From: Pedobacter sp.
Lineage (GTDB): Bacteria; Desulfobacterota; Desulfuromonadia; Desulfuromonadales; Syntrophotaleaceae
Direction of reading: 5' to 3'
Assembly: GCA_050253415.1 (NCBI GenBank)
Contig: JBFWJC010000003.1
Location: forward strand, 96,001-160,000
Length of the DNA stretch: 64,000 nt
The position numbers were made by a program, and so were the translations under genes. Positions within the stretch are counted from its first letter, which is position 1, and each line of letters starts with the position of its first letter. This document shows, piece after piece, positions 59,000-64,000 of the stretch. The notes under the pieces were generated by a model, which searched no databases, was not told the DNA's origin, and saw only the letters and a list, made by a program, of their open reading frames with translations.

Positions 59000-59773
59000 G
59001 GGCCAGACTATACCGTAATCATGTTTCTTGGAAAAGATACTTTTGCCTAAAGATCTGAACCGTCAGCCGTTTGAAATCATTTGAAGATATGTGGGGAAAT
59101 GGCCAGGTGGCCAACACATGTTGCCAAAAATTGACCCGTAAATACACGTTCGGAATAACCGCTCAAGGCTCAGACGGCCACTAATCCCTTGCATAAAAAA
59201 TTGTAGATTATTTTTTTTATCCTGAAAAAAAATATTTGTCTGTTATTATTCTAGGAATACCTTGTCTTGTTTTATGCAGAGCAGCCGTTTATAGTCAGTT
59301 TGGGTAATCGGGTGTTGCAAAAGTTCGGCACAGGCTGTTTTGCTGCGGCTATTTGTTTGTTGACCGCATTCGGTCGCGTGTATTGTCGATGCGTTGTGAG
59401 GGGCACTTCTTCCGTACAATCCTCCCCATATCCTCCTTCTCGAAGGCCTTTTCGGAAATATTCAATTCCTGAGATAACGCATCCTGTTCTGGCAGTTTTG
59501 ACGGTTTAACAAGTGATGCACATTGCAGGGCAGCGTTTCCGTTTGTCAGAGGGGCAAGATCTTTTGATTTTTCTATGGCTCTGACGCTATGGCTAAAATT
59601 AATGGATGAATAAAATGTCCGTTCTATGGCGAGATGGTCTTTTTACTTACGCGTTCTGCGAATATTTACGAAACAGTTAGCATTGGTTTGATTCCTTGCA
59701 GACGATGGTCTCTGTGCCATGGTCGGGGAGTTCTAAAGTGAGCCAGTATTGCATAAATAATGGATCTGATCTG

Positions 59774-61579
59774 ATGGGGGAGACAAGCGGGTATCTCAAC
59801 CAGGACCTTTCCACGAAAAAGTTTCAGGCCTTATCCGAGGCTTTTGGTGGTGTGCTATATGAGCTCTATCATCCCGGGGGCAAACTGGACTGGTCTGAAC
59901 ATTGTTGGAGAATGTTTGGTTTTTCACGCGAGGAAATGGGCAGCGATATCCAAAGTTGGCTTATGCATATCCACCCGCAGGACCGTGCCCATGCCTTGAA
60001 AGAAATGTATCGGGTGATGCGCGCAGGCCATCCCATGCATATTGAATACCGCGTTCAGCACAGCGAAGGCCATTATCTGTGGGTGCGTGATGACAGTTAT
60101 GTCTGCTGTCGGAGTGACGATAATGTCTGCCATGTCATTGGTTATCTGCAGAATATTACCGAAACCAAACAGCGGCAAAAAGATCTCGGACTTGCGCGAC
60201 GTGCTATCGATTCATCTATCAACGGTATAGCGTTTACGGATATGGAAGGGCGCTTGACCTATGTCAATAAGTCCTTTGTCGATCTTGTGGGGTTTGATAA
60301 GCCTGAAGATATTCTCGGGCAGCAGGTAGGCCATTTTTGGAAGAATCCCAAAAAGGCCCGCGTAGTTTTGCGTGCTTTGCAGACATCCAGGGATTGGAGT
60401 GGTGAGATTGTCGCGATGCGTCCCGATGGTAAATCGGTTTATTTTGAAGTTTCGGCCCACGTAGTCGAAGATTCAGAAGGAGAACCTCATTGCTACATGG
60501 CGTCGTTTGTTGATGTCACCGAGCATAAGCAAGCTGAACAGAAGGTTCAGGAATCCGAAGAAAAGTATCGCATGCTGTTTTCTTCCTGCTCGGATGCCAT
60601 TGTTATTTTTGATGCAACGACCTATCGGATTGTCGATGTCAATGAGGCAGCTCTAGCTCTGTACGGTTATACGCGGGAAGAATTCCTGGCTCTTGATGTG
60701 CTGGATCTGAGTGAAGAACCGGAGCAGAGTCGATTTCGCCTGCAGCAGATTGTCAGTGGTGTTCTGCGGCAGTTTCCGCTGGTGAGTCACCGTCGCCAGG
60801 ACGGTAGCAGCTTTGATGTTGAGATCTCCGTGGGGGCTTTTACCTGGAAAAAAAGAAAAGTATTTGCCGCATTTTTGCGGGACGTCAGCGACCGAAAGCG
60901 TATTGAGGAACTCAAGGATGACATGTTGTCAGCCGTCAGTCATGAAATGCGTACGCCCCTGACGGCAATTTTGGGATTTACCGATTATTTGCTGAAATCA
61001 AAGGACAGTCCGGCCGGGCAAAAGGATTATCTGAATATCATTCAACAACAAAGTGAGCGTCTTAAGGAACTGGTGGATAATCATCTCAATCTGCAGCGCC
61101 TGCGCGCAGGCTACGGGGTTGGCAGCATCCATCCGGTAGAAGTTTTCCCCCTGCTGCATGGCGTAGCGAATATGTTTTCCTCTGCCCGTGGACGGGATCG
61201 CATCCGTATCCATTGCCCGGAGGCCTTGCTGCCTGTTCGGGGCGATGAAAACCAGCTCTATCGGGCATTGCATAACCTTATTTCCAACGCCATCAAATAT
61301 TCGCCCGAGGATGAAGAAATAGTTTTGGGGGCCCGTCAGGATAACGACGGGGCTGTTGTTTATGTGAAGGATAAGGGGGTTGGAATTCCTCTGGAACACC
61401 AGACCATGATTTTTGACCGCTTTTTCAGAGTGCAGTCCGAACACCCCAATATGCGAGGCACCGGTTTGGGCTTGTCATTGGTTCAGGAAATCGTCAAAGC
61501 CCACAATGGCAGCATCTGGCTGGAAAGTGCTGTCGGTCAGGGGAGCTGTTTCTATTTAAAACTGCCTTTTTACAACTGA
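59774..61579 (+). CDS. PAS-domain sensor histidine kinase (orphan)
   Basis: Three PAS, SHEMRTPL, NLISNAIKYS, DKGVGI, GTGLGL; start uncertain. Confidence 0.92.
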   Translation: MGETSGYLNQDLSTKKFQALSEAFGGVLYELYHPGGKLDWSEHCWRMFGFSREEMGSDIQSWLMHIHPQDRAHALKEMYRVMRAGHPMHIEYRVQHSEGHYLWVRDDSYVCCRSDDNVCHVIGYLQNITETKQRQKDLGLARRAIDSSINGIAFTDMEGRLTYVNKSFVDLVGFDKPEDILGQQVGHFWKNPKKARVVLRALQTSRDWSGEIVAMRPDGKSVYFEVSAHVVEDSEGEPHCYMASFVDVTEHKQAEQKVQESEEKYRMLFSSCSDAIVIFDATTYRIVDVNEAALALYGYTREEFLALDVLDLSEEPEQSRFRLQQIVSGVLRQFPLVSHRRQDGSSFDVEISVGAFTWKKRKVFAAFLRDVSDRKRIEELKDDMLSAVSHEMRTPLTAILGFTDYLLKSKDSPAGQKDYLNIIQQQSERLKELVDNHLNLQRLRAGYGVGSIHPVEVFPLLHGVANMFSSARGRDRIRIHCPEALLPVRGDENQLYRALHNLISNAIKYSPEDEEIVLGARQDNDGAVVYVKDKGVGIPLEHQTMIFDRFFRVQSEHPNMRGTGLGLSLVQEIVKAHNGSIWLESAVGQGSCFYLKLPFYN

Positions 61580-61740
61580 TCCTTGACTTTCGCCAGGCAT
61601 GTCGATTCTGTTTTGCAATTTCGCCAATCGTTACAAGGACTTTGCCTTAACGGCGACGGGTAAACAGTTGACACTTTTGTCTGCGGCGTTGTATTATATT
61701 CAAGGTTTGTTTAATGCTCACAAAGTTTGGAGGGGTGTCT

Positions 61741-62118
61741 ATGATCAAGATCGATTTTGAAAAAATGGGTGGCCTGGTGCCAGCCATTATTCAGGACTAC
61801 CAGACCAATGAAGTGCTGATGGTGGCATTTCTCGATGAAAAGGCACTGAATCTGACTTTGGAAACCGGGAAAACCTGGTTTTTCAGCCGCCGGCGTAACA
61901 AATACTGGATGAAAGGCGAGCAATCCGGAAACACCCAGGAAGTCAAAGAGGTGCTGACCGATTGCGATGCCGATACCGTGGTCATCAAGGTAAAACAGAA
62001 CGGCGGCGCAGCATGTCATACAGGCAACCGCACCTGCTTTTATGTGCGCTGGGAAGACGGTGCCTGGGTAGAGCATTCCGAACCCCTGTTCGACCCCGAT
62101 GAGGTATATAAAAAATGA
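61741..62118 (+). CDS. hisI: Phosphoribosyl-AMP cyclohydrolase
   Basis: [30 protein letters not shown]. Confidence 0.96.
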   Translation: MIKIDFEKMGGLVPAIIQDYQTNEVLMVAFLDEKALNLTLETGKTWFFSRRRNKYWMKGEQSGNTQEVKEVLTDCDADTVVIKVKQNGGAACHTGNRTCFYVRWEDGAWVEHSEPLFDPDEVYKK

Positions 62119-62990
62119 GCCGCCAACTCAAGCTGGGTATCCCTAAGGGCAGCTTGGAAACGGCAACGGTAGATTTATTTCAAAAGGCCGGTTGGAATAT
62201 CCGGGTGTCCTCCCGCAATTACTTTCCCGCTATCGATGACGAAGACATCAGCTGCAGTCTGATCCGCAGCCAGGAAATGGCCAAATATGTCGAGCGTGGT
62301 ACCATCGACGTCGGTATCGCCGGCCGTGACTGGGTGATGGAAAACGATTCGGATGTCGAGGTACTTTGTGACCTTGTCTACTCCAAGGTTTCCAGGCGAC
62401 CGGCCCGCTGGGTGCTTGTGGTAACCAACGATTCCCCGGTACACAAACCGGAAGATCTGCAGGGAAAGACCATTTCCACCGAACTGGTCGGTTTTACCCG
62501 GCGTTATTTTTTAGAGCGCGGTATCGATGTCGATGTTGAATTTTCCTGGGGGGCTACCGAGGCCAAGGTCGTTGAAGGTTTGTGCGATGCTATTGTTGAG
62601 GTGACGGAAACCGGCTCGACTCTCAAGGCGAATAACTTGAGGATAGTGGAAACCCTCATGGAGTCGACACCCGTCATCCTTGCTAACAAGCAGGCCTGGC
62701 AAGATCCCTGGAAGCGCGGCAAGATCGAACAACTGTGCACACTGCTGCAGGCGGCACTGCGTGCCGAAAAGATGGTTGGCCTGAAAATGAATGCAGCCTA
62801 CGACAAGGTGGAGGATATTATCCGCATTCTGCCAAGCCTGTACCGTCCGACGGTGGCCAATCTCTATCAGTCTGAATGGGTATCCATCGAGACGGTGCTG
62901 CACGAAAAAGAGGTGCGCTGCATTATCCCGGAGCTGGTTAAACTGGGCGCGCAGGGGATTGTCGAATATCCCCTCAACAAGATCATATAA
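62115..62990 (+). CDS. hisG: ATP phosphoribosyltransferase (long form)
   Basis: [22 protein letters not shown]-terminal regulatory domain. Confidence 0.96.
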   Translation: MSRQLKLGIPKGSLETATVDLFQKAGWNIRVSSRNYFPAIDDEDISCSLIRSQEMAKYVERGTIDVGIAGRDWVMENDSDVEVLCDLVYSKVSRRPARWVLVVTNDSPVHKPEDLQGKTISTELVGFTRRYFLERGIDVDVEFSWGATEAKVVEGLCDAIVEVTETGSTLKANNLRIVETLMESTPVILANKQAWQDPWKRGKIEQLCTLLQAALRAEKMVGLKMNAAYDKVEDIIRILPSLYRPTVANLYQSEWVSIETVLHEKEVRCIIPELVKLGAQGIVEYPLNKII

Positions 62991-63126
62991 AACAGTTTGT
63001 ATTCGGGAATTGGTTAGTCAGCTACCATGCTGATGGCTGGTGTTCCCTGCGATTGAGGCGGCGAGACCTTGCTGTCGATGTTGTTTGCCGTTTGAATATT
63101 ATTTGATCGTTATATGGAGAGTTTTT

Positions 63127-63540
63127 ATGGAAAGAACTTTTGCTATTGTTAAGCCTGATGCCTTTGCCGCAGGTCATGCCGGTCGTATTCTGGCGCGTAT
63201 TTATGAGGAAGGTTTTTGTATTATCGGCATGAAGAAACTGAACCTGAGCGAAGAACAGGCTGCCGGTTTTTATTATGTGCATAAAGACAGGCCGTTTTTT
63301 GATGACCTCAAAGGTTTCATGAGCAGCGGTCCGTGCATTGCCCTGGTGCTGGAAGCCGAAGGCGCTATTCGCAAATGGCGCGATCTTATGGGGGCCACCA
63401 ACCCTGCGGATGCCGGGGAAGGTACTTTGCGCAAGGAGTTTGGAACATCGCTGGGACGTAATGCGGTACATGGTTCCGATGCCGCAGAAACCGCCGCTTT
63501 TGAAGTGGGTTATTTCTTCTCTGGGATGGAGCTGCTTTGA
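63127..63540 (+). CDS. ndk: Nucleoside diphosphate kinase
   Basis: [24 protein letters not shown]. Confidence 0.97.
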   Translation: MERTFAIVKPDAFAAGHAGRILARIYEEGFCIIGMKKLNLSEEQAAGFYYVHKDRPFFDDLKGFMSSGPCIALVLEAEGAIRKWRDLMGATNPADAGEGTLRKEFGTSLGRNAVHGSDAAETAAFEVGYFFSGMELL

Positions 63541-63585
63541 TCGGTTTTCGCCGTTTTCTCTAAGTTGTATAGGGACTTGTGCCCG

Positions 63586-63620
63586 GAAAGCCCTTCAGAT
63601 ACAATCGGAGGGCTTTTTTT
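63586..63620 (+). terminator. Rho-independent terminator after ndk
   Basis: AAAGCCCT...AGGGCTTTTTTT. Confidence 0.7.
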
Positions 63621-63710
63621 GATGGTTTGGCCATCTTCTGCATTTTGCAAAAGTATTTTTTAAGTTTTTTAAAGAACCTCGCGGTTTGTACCGTTGCATG
63701 GATAATATTG

Positions 63711-64000
63711 ATGGATCACGATACACGAATCGACCTTAAGAATCTCACCCTGGAAGAGTTGACAGAATTTTTGGCCGGTATGGGCAAGGAGCGATTCCGA
63801 GCCAGCCAGGTCATGCGCTGGATGTATGGCCGCATGGTGGACAACTTTGAGGCCATGAGCGATTTGTCCAAAGCCTTGCGGACAGAATTGCAGCAGCGTG
63901 CCCGCATCAGTCATCTGGAACCCGAAGCCACGGAAGACAGCAGGGACGGAACCCGCAAGTATCTGTTTCGCCTAGAAGACGGCGAAACCATCGAAACGGT
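63711..64000 (+). CDS. rlmN: 23S rRNA/tRNA m2A methyltransferase RlmN (5' part, truncated by window end)
   Basis: [40 protein letters not shown]; follows ndk. Confidence 0.9.
   Translation, partial: MDHDTRIDLKNLTLEELTEFLAGMGKERFRASQVMRWMYGRMVDNFEAMSDLSKALRTELQQRARISHLEPEATEDSRDGTRKYLFRLEDGETIET

Overview
64 kb of bacterial chromosome. Gene content and order (rph-rdgB, fabI-hflX-mltD, hisI-hisG-ndk-rlmN, cheV, many PAS/GGDEF/EAL proteins) suggest a Desulfuromonadales deltaproteobacterium of the Pelobacter/Syntrophotalea type; this is an inference. The right half (36-64 kb) is mostly housekeeping and the left half is an accessory patchwork. The most striking structure is an AT-rich integron-type gene-cassette array at about 10.4-13.8 kb. 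It has a candidate attI, six attC sites (three intact or near-intact, three decayed or truncated) and cassettes for a lipoprotein, a nickel superoxide dismutase, a VOC/glyoxalase, a membrane protein and a LigB/DODA dioxygenase. There is no integrase anywhere in the window. Two IS3-like left-end stubs interrupt the array, and one appears to supply the RBS/start of the dioxygenase. Other findings: two c-di-GMP-I (GEMM) riboswitches, each with a terminator, upstream of two divergently oriented PAS-GGDEF-EAL genes around cheV; three pseudogenes (aroL, internally deleted copA, DASS transporter fragment); MITE/REP-like and 7-, 8- and 9-mer repeat elements; a DsbC with a CxxCH motif; an acetoin-reductase-like SDR with Cys at the catalytic Ser position; a GTDC1/QTMAN-like glycosyltransferase; and an RNase E with a two-block 12-bp tandem repeat. 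No rRNA, tRNA or CRISPR array was seen. Start codons were re-picked by eye where the ORF track over-extends.
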